Assembly (NCBI GenBank): GCA_963662545.2
Contig: CAXXLL010000003.1
Coordinates: 1,984,001 to 2,048,000, forward strand
Direction: 5' to 3'
From: Gammaproteobacteria bacterium
GTDB taxonomy: Bacteria > Pseudomonadota > Gammaproteobacteria > Ga0077536
Length of the DNA: 64,000 nucleotides
Positions 30,512-41,031 of the stretch are shown piece by piece (positions within the stretch are counted from its first letter, which is position 1; the number at the start of each line of letters is the position of its first letter). Both the position numbers and the translations under genes were made by a program. Under the pieces are notes generated by a model. The model was not told the DNA's origin and ran no database searches. It saw nothing but the letters and a program-made list of their open reading frames with translations.

Positions 30512-31747
30512 TCAACTCGAAATCAACCGCAATCGCAGCGCGTTCAAAAGACTGATCACGCTGTATTGCCGGACGCGCTCGCGATCGCCCGGTAGGCGGA
30601 CCTGCTCGACTATGACCTCGTCGTTGACGGCAATACCGAGATAGGTTGTACCGGGCGCATCCTGTTTCGAATCACCGAGGTCATGCTGGCCGGTGGTCGA
30701 CAGACCGACATCGGTGCCGAATGCGTTGCGTACCGCCGCCGCCAGGGTACCGGCGGCTTCCGCCGTGCCGATGGTCGAGGCCGGGACGCCCAGGATTGCC
30801 TGTCGCGCGGTGCCCGCGGCCGGAACAACGCTCCCGCGAAATACCTCTCCTGCGCCGTCGATAGCCGACAGTCGCGCGCTCGCGATTCCACCGCTCGTGA
30901 TCTCGGCCAAGGCCAGGCTTTGGCCTCGCGATCGCAGGATATCGAGCACGACCGATTCCATCGTTTGTTCGTCGATGCCGAAAACGCAGTTTCCGAGTAC
31001 GCTGCGCACGCGCGCTTCCTCCTCGGCAATGAGCTTAGCCACTGCCTCTTCGTCATCGGCCTTCGCCGTGATGCGTACCTTGATGCCTTCGATGCCGCTC
31101 GCCTGGAAAGCGAGCGTCGGATTCCCGGATTCGTCGAGCGCGGTGATGCGCTCGGACAGGAGTTCCGCAAGGCGCGACTCGCTGTGTCCCCAGGTTCTGA
31201 GTACGCGGCTTTTGATCACGGCGCTCAGGCCTGCGCGCCGTTTCAGATCCGCCAAGATGGTCCCTCTCATCATGATCCGCATTTCGTGAGGCACACCGGG
31301 GACGGCATAGATCACTTTGTCGCCCATCGGGCAGACGAGCCCCGGCGCCGTGCCCGGCTGCTCCGGGATCGCGCTCGCGCCTTCGGGTACATCCGCCTGG
31401 CGCAGGTTATTGGCCGGCATGCTGCGGCCCCGGGATTCGAAGATCTGACGGATACGATCGGCGATCACGGGCTGGTGGACGAGCTGCACCCCCATGACTT
31501 CGCAAATCGCTTCGCGTGTGATGTCGTCCTGGGTCGGTCCGAGACCGCCGCAAGTGATCACCGCATCACTGCGGGCCAGCGCCTGGCGGATACTCTCGAC
31601 CATGCGCTCCAGGTTGTCGCCGACTTTTGTCTGGTAATGGGAATCGATACCGGCTAAGGCCAGTTCGGCCCCGATCCAGGACGAATTGGTATCGGTGATC
31701 TGGCCGAGCAGAAGTTCGGTACCGATCGCGACCACTTCACAGCGCAT
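30512..31747 (-). CDS. cinA: Competence/damage-inducible protein CinA
   Basis: IGTELLLGQITDTN, GGLGPTQDD, GTAPG and PGVP.E motifs, plus a C-terminal PncC-like domain. Confidence 0.93.
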   Translation of the reverse strand: MRCEVVAIGTELLLGQITDTNSSWIGAELALAGIDSHYQTKVGDNLERMVESIRQALARSDAVITCGGLGPTQDDITREAICEVMGVQLVHQPVIADRIRQIFESRGRSMPANNLRQADVPEGASAIPEQPGTAPGLVCPMGDKVIYAVPGVPHEMRIMMRGTILADLKRRAGLSAVIKSRVLRTWGHSESRLAELLSERITALDESGNPTLAFQASGIEGIKVRITAKADDEEAVAKLIAEEEARVRSVLGNCVFGIDEQTMESVVLDILRSRGQSLALAEITSGGIASARLSAIDGAGEVFRGSVVPAAGTARQAILGVPASTIGTAEAAGTLAAAVRNAFGTDVGLSTTGQHDLGDSKQDAPGTTYLGIAVNDEVIVEQVRLPGDRERVRQYSVISLLNALRLRLISS

Positions 31748-31913
31748 GCGCTCATTTCCTTTTTCGTGCTCCGCCGGACGGGTCAGTTTAACGGTTCGGC
31801 CAGACGCTTGCCTCTGGGATTATGGGCGCGAACGAGACCTCTTCGGGTGAACGAATGGCGCTGTATCGATTCCAATCACAACAGGGACTGATGCTCTCCG
31901 TATACTGACCGAC

Positions 31914-32669
31914 ATGAAGCACCGCCATCATCCGTTCCTGATCTTAAGCTTTGTCATTGCGATCGGGATCTCAGCAAGCGTCCATGGTCAGCCATTTCAA
32001 TATCAATGGCGCGTCTCGGAAATCGCCGCTGCCGATGCCGATGTCGTCCAACTCGGTACCAAGCGCGGCAAGGCCATTCATACCGTGCGAACGGATCAAA
32101 TGCGTCTGCTGTACGCCGTTAAAACGGGCATTGAGGAAGCAGCCGAACTCAAAGTGATCCTCATCATCGTCGACGGCGATCTGCCGAACGCGTTCGCCGG
32201 GAAGGGGCAGCGCAGCGAAAACGTTGTTGGTATCAGTTTTGGGATGCTCGAAATCCTGGGTAGGGATCCGCACGCCGCGGCGGCGCTGATAGGCCACGAG
32301 ATAGCGCACCTCAAACTCGAACACGGGGAAAGCCAGCAAGCCAAGACCGCCACAGCCGGTATTCTGAGCGTCATCGGCGGCGTGGTCTTGAGTGGCCTCG
32401 GCGTTTCCGGAGGGCAGACGATTTCCAGCCTCACCTTCGCCGCAATTCAGTCCGGCTACAGTCGGGATAACGAACGGGAGGCGGATTATCTGGGCACGAT
32501 ATGGGCGGTGGAGGCGGGCTTCGAAGCAGACGGTGGGGCGCGCCTGCACGAAGCGATGAACCGGATACCGGGCGCATCTTCGACCTCATTTTTTTCGACC
32601 CATCCGTCGGGGCCCGAACGCGTCGCAACTTTGCGCGCACTGGCGGCGCGCTTGTCGCGCCTGCCGTGA
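31914..32669 (+). CDS. M48 family metallopeptidase
   Basis: PNAFA, HEIAH, YSRDNEREAD and STHP motifs, with a signal peptide. Confidence 0.9.
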   Translation: MKHRHHPFLILSFVIAIGISASVHGQPFQYQWRVSEIAAADADVVQLGTKRGKAIHTVRTDQMRLLYAVKTGIEEAAELKVILIIVDGDLPNAFAGKGQRSENVVGISFGMLEILGRDPHAAAALIGHEIAHLKLEHGESQQAKTATAGILSVIGGVVLSGLGVSGGQTISSLTFAAIQSGYSRDNEREADYLGTIWAVEAGFEADGGARLHEAMNRIPGASSTSFFSTHPSGPERVATLRALAARLSRLP

Positions 32670-32687
32670 TTCGTTGGAAGAGCGCGC

Positions 32688-33863
32688 TTAATCTTTAACG
32701 GTAAACTCAAAAGGCCATTGATGCAGCGACTCGCCACCGCCCGTCGTGACGCGGTTCAAGTCGCCGACGAAAATGCCCGCCGTGATATCCGGCGAGCACG
32801 GGCTGGGCTCAATCATAATGAGTTGGTTCTCCTCGAATGGCACATCGAGCTCCGCGGTCCACACCTTCGATCCGGGCAGGTCGGCGAAGGGCGGGATGAT
32901 GCGCTGGCCCCAGCCGTGGATCGTCGGGCATTGCACTGAATAGCCCAGGTCGAGAAATTTCTGCGATACTTTGAGCACGTCGCGCGCGGTGTTGCCCGGT
33001 ACCAGGACTTCCTGTACCCCGTAGTAAACCTCTTGCGCCCGATCGAAAAAATCGCGGTAGCGCTGCGGGGGTTTACCCAGCGCGAGCGGCCTCGCGATCT
33101 GTCCCGCATATCCGTGATAAGCGCCGCTGATCTCGGTCATGATGATGTCGCCTTTGTGCACGGTCCGCCCGGACGGCAGGCCGAAAGGATACGGGCAGCT
33201 CGGGTTCTCCATCGGGGTCGACCCGATCCAGGAAAAATAGAACACGCCGTTGGGTTGCGAAAGATAGGCCTGGTGTATCGCAGCATAGATCTGGCTGTCG
33301 GTCTTGCCCGGCTCGGCAGCCTCGATATAGGCCGCAACGCCGAGATCACTGTACGCCGCGCCTTTGCGAAACCACTCGAGTTCCTCCTCACTCGGAATTT
33401 TCATCAAGGCGTGCATGGCGAAAGTAAAATTCTCCAAGGAATCTTCGCCGAATGCCGCCGCAAACTCCTCGTAATGACCGTGGGGAATGGAACTCGTGAT
33501 GACATCCTCGCCCACGAGGCCGATTTTTCCCTCGTCGCCTCCATTTTCTCTGATGCAGGCGATCGGGCCATCGGGTCCGAGCGACCAGCGCACGTCGTCC
33601 ACGTTCGAGATCGCACGTCCACCCGGGATAAACGAATAGATCAACATGAACAGCGTCGGCTCACCCTTGAGCGGAAACACGAGATAGGCCGGTAGATAGG
33701 AGATCAGGTTGCTGAGGTAATGGAGGTTTTTCTGGTTGCCGACGCTGTAACTGCCCGCATAGATCACCAGGCATGAAACACCCTGCCGTTCCATCTCCGC
33801 CCTGATCGCGCGGTGACGCCGGTCATATTCCTCCTCGGAGAACCTAGGATAATGGGGCCGCAT
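32688..33863 (-). CDS. M24 (creatinase / Xaa-Pro peptidase-like) family protein
   Basis: FSEEEYDRR N-domain, GY.GQIAR, HGWG and MIEP motifs. Confidence 0.8.
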   Translation of the reverse strand: MRPHYPRFSEEEYDRRHRAIRAEMERQGVSCLVIYAGSYSVGNQKNLHYLSNLISYLPAYLVFPLKGEPTLFMLIYSFIPGGRAISNVDDVRWSLGPDGPIACIRENGGDEGKIGLVGEDVITSSIPHGHYEEFAAAFGEDSLENFTFAMHALMKIPSEEELEWFRKGAAYSDLGVAAYIEAAEPGKTDSQIYAAIHQAYLSQPNGVFYFSWIGSTPMENPSCPYPFGLPSGRTVHKGDIIMTEISGAYHGYAGQIARPLALGKPPQRYRDFFDRAQEVYYGVQEVLVPGNTARDVLKVSQKFLDLGYSVQCPTIHGWGQRIIPPFADLPGSKVWTAELDVPFEENQLIMIEPSPCSPDITAGIFVGDLNRVTTGGGESLHQWPFEFTVKD

Positions 33864-34238
33864 CGCGGCCTGTATGCGTTCAAGACCGGCTTCGGGATCC
33901 GGCCTCCGTTAGCGCCGGTTCGGCCCGCGCGTGACGTACCATTGTGACATCAACGCTTCAGTCCAATAAGGGGCACCCACGATTCAATTCGCGATAAGCG
34001 CTTGAAATCGACGGTTCTGCGGAGTCACGGATAGTGGGCGCAGTGCTTTGCAATCAAGTACCTTAGCCGTAGAAACTTGTACTCGATCTATCAGAATCAA
34101 ACTCTGGGTTAAACCCGACCTGGCGCATACCTGTTTCACATACTCACTGGACTTGGCTGTTGAGCTTTCAACTCCGAGGTCTGCTTCGGGGAAGAGAGCG
34201 ATCATGCCTTGCTGCAACGCAATAGGCCGCTTCCGGCC

Positions 34239-34397
34239 GAGGCTGTGTAAAAAGTCCGAAATTCCGGCGCGCCGCGAAAAATTTCCCCACTCTTAGTGCA
34301 CTAAGCAGACGAATAAGGGACCGTCCTGCCAGGATTGATCGAATTTGATCGCGGTCTTCCCACTTTTCAAAATTGAAAATAGTTTTTACACAGCCTC
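34239..34397. mobile_element. MITE (~160 bp) with IS1182-like ends
   Basis: GAGGCTGTGTAAAAA ... TTTTTACACAGCCTC is a perfect 15-bp terminal inverted repeat; no ORF. Confidence 0.75.
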
Positions 34398-34670
34398 GAC
34401 CCTGTGACCCATAACGTCGGTGCAAACATAGCTGTGGATGCGGTAGCCGGGGATGGCCGCTTACGAGGGCATTGCAGACGTAATCTAGAGCTGTGCTGCC
34501 GCGATCAGGCCGCTGTCGACCCCATGAAGCGGACATCCGCACCGCGACTTGATACAGCCTCTCAATTCGGCTAAAAAGGCTAGTTATTCTTCTATACTCG
34601 TGGACATCTTTTCAGGTGTGGCGCTATCCTCGATAGTGCTTTGTTGTCAATCGAATATGAGGAATTCAAC

Positions 34671-35840
34671 ATGGCTGCGAACTTAAAAGACAACACGTCG
34701 AAAATCAGCTATGACCCCGCAGAGCTCGGGTATAGCGTGGTGAACGACGCACCCGAGGTGAACAAAACTCATAAATCCGGTGAGGTCTACTTCTCGGAAG
34801 AGATCATGCAACGGGAGATCGAAGAGATCTTCATGAAGGAGTGGTTACTTGTTGGTCGCGCGGAAGAAGTTGAAAACCCAGGCGACTATTTCACGCATCG
34901 CGTTGCCAACGAGCCCGTGGTCGTCGTCAAAGAACAGAACGGCAATATTCAAACGTTTGCGAACGTATGTCGGCATCGAGGTGTTCAGGTCGCGTGGAAT
35001 TCGGGCAATACAAAATACTTTTCCTGCCCCTATCATGGTTGGACATACGATACGAGCGGCAAGCTGGTCAATGCGAAGTTCATGGAGAAAGCTAAAAACT
35101 TCAAGAAGGAGAATTGCAGGCTGCCACGCATCAGAACGGAGCTATGGGAAGGTTTTATTTTCATCAATTTCGATGCGGAGGCGAGGCCTCTGATGGAAAA
35201 TCTCGAAAAATGGGATTTTCCGAGAATCTACGAACCCTACCAGATGGGGCGATTGAAACTTGCCAACAAATTTCAGATGGAGCTTTCCTGTAACTGGAAG
35301 TTTCTGAATGAAAACCTCACCGACATTTATCATATTGCGGTACTGCACACCGACACGTTCGGTCCACATCAACCGCTCGAAGGATACCGTTATCAGGTTT
35401 TCGACGGCGGGTATCACGGCAGGTTCGTGGGCGGCACTTTAGTCCCAGATGGCAAATCCCTGTTTGGTCCAATTCCCTGGCTGCCCGAGGAATTGCATAG
35501 CGGCGGCTTCTCCAGCCACATCCCGCCGCATGTGTCCTGGTTCCCGAGATTCGATTACGTCTCGGTGAACACGAACTGGCCGCTAACGGTCGATACGAGC
35601 CTGTCCATTACCTATCAGTTGTTCCCCCCGGAGCATTTCGATCAGCCCGATTTCCGGGAGAAGGCGCAGCAGTATGAAGATTTCTACAAAGCATTCATGA
35701 ATGAAGATACGGATATGATCAAAGCGTTGCAGATGGGGATAAAATCGCGCTATTACGAACCCGGCCCGGTATCTCCGTTCGAAGCTGGCGGCGTCATGAG
35801 CACGATAAAACACAGTGTGGACGATCTGGGACATGGCTGA
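34671..35840 (+). CDS. Rieske non-heme iron oxygenase, alpha subunit
   Basis: CRH...CPYH Rieske motif, NWK...EN..DIYH....H mononuclear iron motif and a GAGG RBS. Confidence 0.95.
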   Translation: MAANLKDNTSKISYDPAELGYSVVNDAPEVNKTHKSGEVYFSEEIMQREIEEIFMKEWLLVGRAEEVENPGDYFTHRVANEPVVVVKEQNGNIQTFANVCRHRGVQVAWNSGNTKYFSCPYHGWTYDTSGKLVNAKFMEKAKNFKKENCRLPRIRTELWEGFIFINFDAEARPLMENLEKWDFPRIYEPYQMGRLKLANKFQMELSCNWKFLNENLTDIYHIAVLHTDTFGPHQPLEGYRYQVFDGGYHGRFVGGTLVPDGKSLFGPIPWLPEELHSGGFSSHIPPHVSWFPRFDYVSVNTNWPLTVDTSLSITYQLFPPEHFDQPDFREKAQQYEDFYKAFMNEDTDMIKALQMGIKSRYYEPGPVSPFEAGGVMSTIKHSVDDLGHG

Positions 35841-35879
35841 AACCAAGTATTGCCGGGCAAGCGGTAACGGAGCTAGGCG

Positions 35880-36926
35880 ATGAGTAATGGTGGCGATGTA
35901 GGTCCTGATCTCGCCCGCGCAGCGTTGCTGTTAGTGCGCGACATGATGTGCATCGTCGAAGGCGAGCACGTGCTGATCACGGCGGACATCAACACCGAGA
36001 AACGCGCCGTCGACGCCTTGGTCAATGCGTCCTACAGCTTAGGCACAAGAGTCGCCAGTATGACGCTGGCGCCGCCCTTGCCGTTTCAAGGCGGCCTCGC
36101 GAATCCCTATATGCCGGATCCCGTCACAGCAGCCGCGCAGAATTGTGATGCCTGGATCGATCTATGCATGCCCTACATCGCCGGCGCCGCGGTCTACGAC
36201 ACGGCGATGAAAAATGGCCGCACCCGCTATTTTTTAGCGGCCGACATCGGCGCGGGGGGCATCATCCGCATTTTCAGCAAGGCCGATCTGGACCAGGTGT
36301 TCGTGGTCTCCGACTTATTCAATGCACTGCTCGCTGAATCGGCCGGCAAACAATGCCGCTTCACCACGCCCTTGGGCACCGATGTCAGCTTCCAACTCGC
36401 CGATCCCGAGGGTCTGGCCATCGAGCGCGCGACCAAGCCGGGCGGCTACTTCGTCCCGGGCACCGTCATGGTGATCCCCGAGCTCGATACGGTAAAGGGC
36501 ACGGTGATCTGCGAGTCGACGTTCCATGAGTACTACACTGCGCTGGAAGAACCCTACCGGTTCGAAGTGGACGGCAAGATTCAATCGGTCAGCGGCGGCG
36601 GTACCGAATTGAAAGCCATCGACCGTTCACTCAAACGTGCGGGTAACGGTGAATATGGCAATATCGTCCACTTTACCTGCGGCTATCATCCGGCCGCCCG
36701 GTTTACCGGCAAGTCATTCATCGAAGATCAGCGGGTCATCGGCTGCAATGCGGTCGGCCTGGGCCTGCCGCAGTGGGTGGAAGGCGGCGGCGAAAATCAC
36801 CCGGATTGCGTCATGAAGGAGCAGTCGTTTTGGATCGGCGACGAACAGATCATCGACCGTGGTGTGATCGTGGCGCCGCCCGATCTGGCCGAGGCCACCC
36901 AGAAACTACAGCCCGTTTACGGCTAG
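35880..36926 (+). CDS. M29-fold protein resembling 2,5-dihydroxypyridine 5,6-dioxygenase (NicX-like)
   Basis: GEHVLI.AD N-terminus, TPLGTD, and VHF.CG.HP.AR...NHPD (His...His-x-Asp). Operon context with maleate isomerase. Confidence 0.6.
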   Translation: MSNGGDVGPDLARAALLLVRDMMCIVEGEHVLITADINTEKRAVDALVNASYSLGTRVASMTLAPPLPFQGGLANPYMPDPVTAAAQNCDAWIDLCMPYIAGAAVYDTAMKNGRTRYFLAADIGAGGIIRIFSKADLDQVFVVSDLFNALLAESAGKQCRFTTPLGTDVSFQLADPEGLAIERATKPGGYFVPGTVMVIPELDTVKGTVICESTFHEYYTALEEPYRFEVDGKIQSVSGGGTELKAIDRSLKRAGNGEYGNIVHFTCGYHPAARFTGKSFIEDQRVIGCNAVGLGLPQWVEGGGENHPDCVMKEQSFWIGDEQIIDRGVIVAPPDLAEATQKLQPVYG

Positions 36927-36983
36927 CGCCAATCGTGTGCGTCCAAAGGATGCGGACGTACTCGCAGATTGCGGAGCACGTGA

Positions 36984-37988
36984 ATGAACGATGATTCCTA
37001 TCAAACCTTTCATGCCGGCGACGTCACCTTGGAGTCGGGCGCGACCTTATCTGATGCCCGGATTGCCTATCGATCATTCGGCACGCTCAATGCGGCCAAA
37101 GACAATGCGATCATTATGCCGACGCATTACGGCGGCACGCATGAACACAGTCTTTATCTAACCGGGGAAGGGCGTGCGCTCGATCCTGACAAGTATTTCA
37201 TCGTCATCGTTAATCTCATCGGCAATGGGGTCTCCTCCTCGCCGAGTCATGGCCTAGGCGCGGACTTTCCGCTCGTGACGATCGCCGACAATGTCCGGCT
37301 GCAACACCGCTTGCTGACTGAAGAATACGGTGTCACCAAGCTGGCATTGGCAGTGGGGTTCTCCATGGGGGCCGTGCAGGCCTACCACTGGGCGGCCTTG
37401 TTTCCGGATTTTGTCGAGCGTGCCGGGGCGATCTGCGGTTCTGCGAGGATATCGCGCCACAACGTCGTGTTTCTCGAAGGAATGCGCGGTATTTTGACTG
37501 CCGATCCGGCATGGCAGGGCGGCCGCTACGAATCGCAGCCGCTAGTGGGCATAAGGGCGATGGCGCGCGCCTGGGCGGCGTGGCCGCCGTCGGCGCATTT
37601 TTATCGGCACGCGCTGTACGAAAAGCTCGGATACACTTCCCTTGACGATTTTCTCGACCGCTATTGGGAAGCCACCTTCTGTAGCATCGATGCGAATAAT
37701 TTGCTGGCGCAAATCGCAACCTGGCAGTCGGCGGATATCAGCAATAACGAGAGCCATCAAGGTGATTTCGAGCGGGCCCTGGCTTCGATCAAGGCCAAAA
37801 TCTTCGTCATGCCGTGCGTCAACGATGCGTATTTTCCACCGGAAGACAGCGAGATCGAAGTCAGCCACATGACGAACGCGGAATATCGACCCATTCACTC
37901 GCAGTGGGGACACTGGGCCGGCTCCGGGCGCAATCCCGAGGACACCGCGTTCATCGACGACCAAATCACAGAACTACTAGCACAATAG
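36984..37988 (+). CDS. Alpha/beta hydrolase, homoserine O-acetyltransferase-like
   Basis: GTLNAAKDNA, GNGVSSSPS, GFSMG nucleophile elbow, D.YFPP and GH motifs. Confidence 0.85.
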   Translation: MNDDSYQTFHAGDVTLESGATLSDARIAYRSFGTLNAAKDNAIIMPTHYGGTHEHSLYLTGEGRALDPDKYFIVIVNLIGNGVSSSPSHGLGADFPLVTIADNVRLQHRLLTEEYGVTKLALAVGFSMGAVQAYHWAALFPDFVERAGAICGSARISRHNVVFLEGMRGILTADPAWQGGRYESQPLVGIRAMARAWAAWPPSAHFYRHALYEKLGYTSLDDFLDRYWEATFCSIDANNLLAQIATWQSADISNNESHQGDFERALASIKAKIFVMPCVNDAYFPPEDSEIEVSHMTNAEYRPIHSQWGHWAGSGRNPEDTAFIDDQITELLAQ

Positions 37989-37997
37989 ATCAAGCTT

Positions 37998-39299
37998 ATG
38001 GATCTCACTATATTGACGGCGACGGAGGCTGCGGCGCTGATCGCGAAAAAGGAGGTGAGCTCGGTCGAACTGACACGCGCATGCCTCGACCGCATCGAAC
38101 TGCGTAATCCCGATGTGTGCGCTTTCTGTCATCTAGATCCGGAATTCTCGCTGGCCGAGGCTGCCAAAGCAGACGGTGAACCGCCGCGATCACCATTGCA
38201 TGGGGTGCCGTTCGCGGTCAAGGACGTCATCGACACCAAGGATTTTCCGACCGAACTCGGCACGCCGATCCACGCGGGGCGCAGGCCGACCGAGGACGCG
38301 AATTGCGTCAGCCTGATGCGCGACGCCGGCGCTGTGCTGTTGGGTAAGGTGGTTTCGACCGAGTACGCGCTTTACAAGCCGAACGAGACGCGCCATCCGA
38401 TGAACCTCGAACACACCCCCGGCGGTTCTTCGAGCGGCACCGGGGCCGCGGTCTGCGATCGCATGGTGCCGATCGCCTTCGGAAACCAGACAGCGGGATC
38501 GCTGATACGTCCGGCGGCGTTTTGCGGTGTCTACGGTTTGAAACCGACCCACGGGACGACCGACGGCACCGGCATCCTGCCGCTGCAGCTCTATTTCGAC
38601 ACGCTCGGCTACATGGCGCGCTCGATCGCCGATCTCCAGGCGTTCTACGGTGTGGTGTCGACACAGAATCAGACGATGTAGTGGCCGCAGGGCAAACGGC
38701 CGCGGATCGGCCTGTGCAGGACCTGGCAATGGGAATTCGCTGAACCCGAATCCCGTGACATCCTCGAGGCGGCTGCCGAGCAGTTCGGGACGCTCGGCGC
38801 CGACGTCGAGACCTTCGAATTACCCGCGGCGTACGCCGACCTCGTCGCAGTTCATCGCCGTATCCTCTACAAGGGCATTGCGAAATCACTCGATGCCGAC
38901 TACCAGACAGCCCGCGATCAAATGAGCGAGAAAGTCCTGGAGATCATCGAGGAAGGGCGGGCCACGACCGAGGAACAGTATGTCGAGGCCCATGCGCACG
39001 CCGATCAATGCCGTGATTCGGTGAACGAATGCTTCGGCGAGTTCGATGCGGTGATCGCGCCGAGTGCGCCGGGGGAGGCCCCGCCTGGCATGGCGACCGG
39101 TGATCCGATCTTCCAGGTGAGCTGGACCCTGCTCGGGGTGCCGTGCCTGAACCTGCCCGTTGGTTTCGGTCCGCATGCTCTGCCGCTCGGTGTTCAGTTG
39201 ATCGGCCGCCGTCACGACGATGCGCGGGTGCTGGCGCTCGGCCAACGCCTCATGCGGGAATTTCAGCCGCTCGAAGCCCGGCAGGTGGCCAATGTCTAA
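37998..39299 (+). pseudogene. Amidase-signature family amidase with an in-frame TAG at 38679-38681
   Basis: PLHGVP..VKD, GGSSSG and GNQTAGS..RPA motifs. After the TAG the same frame continues (WPQGKRPRIG...) into ORF 38922..39299 (LGVP.LNLP...GVQL). Confidence 0.85.
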
Positions 39300-39606
39300 T
39301 ATCACGCCGTTCGGCCGGGACGAACTGGAGCCCGGCGACATCCGGCAGGTGGAGATCGAAGGCCGCGACGCAATCGCCATCTACAACCTGGACGTCGAGT
39401 ATTTCGCGACGGATGACACCTGCACTCACGGTGCCGCATCGCTGTCGGAGGGCGAAATCGACGGCGAGGAGGTGATCTGCCCGTTTCACTTGGGCTCGTT
39501 TAATATCCGCTCCGGCGAGGCTGTCGTCGAGCCCTATGTCAAAGCGGTGCGAACCTACCCGGTGCGGATCGAGGACGGCATGCTCTACGTCGAGATCGAC
39601 CCATGA
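39292..39606 (+). CDS. Rieske-type ferredoxin
   Basis: CTH...CPFH motif, 104 aa. Confidence 0.93.
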   Translation: MSNITPFGRDELEPGDIRQVEIEGRDAIAIYNLDVEYFATDDTCTHGAASLSEGEIDGEEVICPFHLGSFNIRSGEAVVEPYVKAVRTYPVRIEDGMLYVEIDP

Positions 39607-40364
39607 GCGACCGACGGGTCTTCCGCATCGGGCAAATCGTTCCCAGTTCCAATACGACGATGGAAACGGAGGTGCCGGCGATGCTGCAGCGTGCCGCCGT
39701 GCCGGCGTCGGTGGGGTTCAGTTTTCATTCGAGCCGCGCGCCGATGAAAACAGTGGCTAAAGACGAACTTAGCGCGATGAACGGACACATGGTCCGCTGC
39801 GCGCGCGAACTGACCGATGCGCGCATGGACGTGATCGCCTCCGCCTGTCTAGTGGCCATTATGTGTCACGGACCGGGCTACCATCGCGAGACCGAGCGTT
39901 CGCTCCGCGCCGTGTGCCGCGAAGACGCGCCCGAGACGGCGATAGTGACCAGCGCAGGTGCGCTCATCGACGCCTTGAAGGCGCTCGGCGCGAACAAGAT
40001 TGCCGTCATCACGCCGTACATGAAAAGTTTGACGGAACTCGTAACCTGCTATATCGAGAGCGAAGGCATTGAAGTACTCGACGCCATCTCGCTCGAGATC
40101 CCGAATAACCTCGACGTCGGCGCGCGCGACCCCCTGGCCCTGGTGGCAACGGTCAAGCAACTCTCGACCGCAAACGCCGACGCAGTGGTGTTATCGGCCT
40201 GTGTGCAGATGCCGTCCCTGGCCGCGCTCGACATCGTGCAGCAAACGCTCGACGTCCCGGTCTTATCGACCGCCGCAGCCACGGTATTCGAGATCCTGCG
40301 TGCGTTGAAACTGCCGACCGAAGTGCCGGCGGCCGGCGATTTACTGAGCGGCCGCTATGGCTGA
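39603..40364 (+). CDS. maiA: Maleate cis-trans isomerase (Asp/Glu racemase family)
   Basis: RIGQIVPSSNTTMETE, FHSSR, ACLVA and SACVQMPSL (both catalytic Cys). Confidence 0.9.
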   Translation: MSDRRVFRIGQIVPSSNTTMETEVPAMLQRAAVPASVGFSFHSSRAPMKTVAKDELSAMNGHMVRCARELTDARMDVIASACLVAIMCHGPGYHRETERSLRAVCREDAPETAIVTSAGALIDALKALGANKIAVITPYMKSLTELVTCYIESEGIEVLDAISLEIPNNLDVGARDPLALVATVKQLSTANADAVVLSACVQMPSLAALDIVQQTLDVPVLSTAAATVFEILRALKLPTEVPAAGDLLSGRYG

Positions 40365-40590
40365 AACCCTTTACTCGGCGGTCGATTCCGTGACTGCTCA
40401 TTGAAACCGTTCGAGGTGGCACGTGCCTCGATCCCAGGCATGTGCCGGGTAAGGGCTTGCTGGCCGACGACGCCTCGTTTAATCCGGTCGAAGATTTCCG
40501 TTAGCACGGAGCATTGCATTGGAAAATCAAATGGAATAAGGAATCCAGACAGAGGCAACATCTTTCTTGGTGAATGAGAGGAGCGCGAAT

Positions 40591-41031
40591 ATGACTATTT
40601 CACGCAAAGCACTGTGTGTTCTCTATGGACTGATAGGGATCGTGGCTCTGGTTGGCACCTGGGGCAACATATTGGAGTATCTACACGCCGGTTTTGTCGG
40701 CGCGACGATCCACTTTTGGAAAGAAACCCTCGTCAATCCTGCAAGTCGATTCATTACCGTGGATATTCTGTTTCTCGGTCTTACCGTGATCGTCTGGGCC
40801 GTACTGGAGGCACGTCGGCTTGAAATGCTCGGCGTATGGCTTTATGTGGTGTTCGGGTTACTCACCGCGATCAGCTTCACGATTCCCTTATTCATGATCC
40901 ATCGTGAACTGATATTGGCAGATCGCGATGCTTCACAAACTGTGGGAACGCTCGGCGTTGCCGACATGCTCGGCCTCTCAGTGTTAGGACTGGCGTTCAC
41001 AGCTTACTTGGTGCTTACACTAACCCTTTGA
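40591..41031 (+). CDS. Small membrane protein (DUF2834-like)
   Basis: Four TM segments with the NPASRFITVDI...E.RRL...PLF..RE pattern. Confidence 0.65.
   Translation: MTISRKALCVLYGLIGIVALVGTWGNILEYLHAGFVGATIHFWKETLVNPASRFITVDILFLGLTVIVWAVLEARRLEMLGVWLYVVFGLLTAISFTIPLFMIHRELILADRDASQTVGTLGVADMLGLSVLGLAFTAYLVLTLTL

Noticed and set aside
38679-38681. Pyrrolysine recoding
   Set aside because: Not a methylamine methyltransferase, no pyl genes in the window, and the position is not catalytic.
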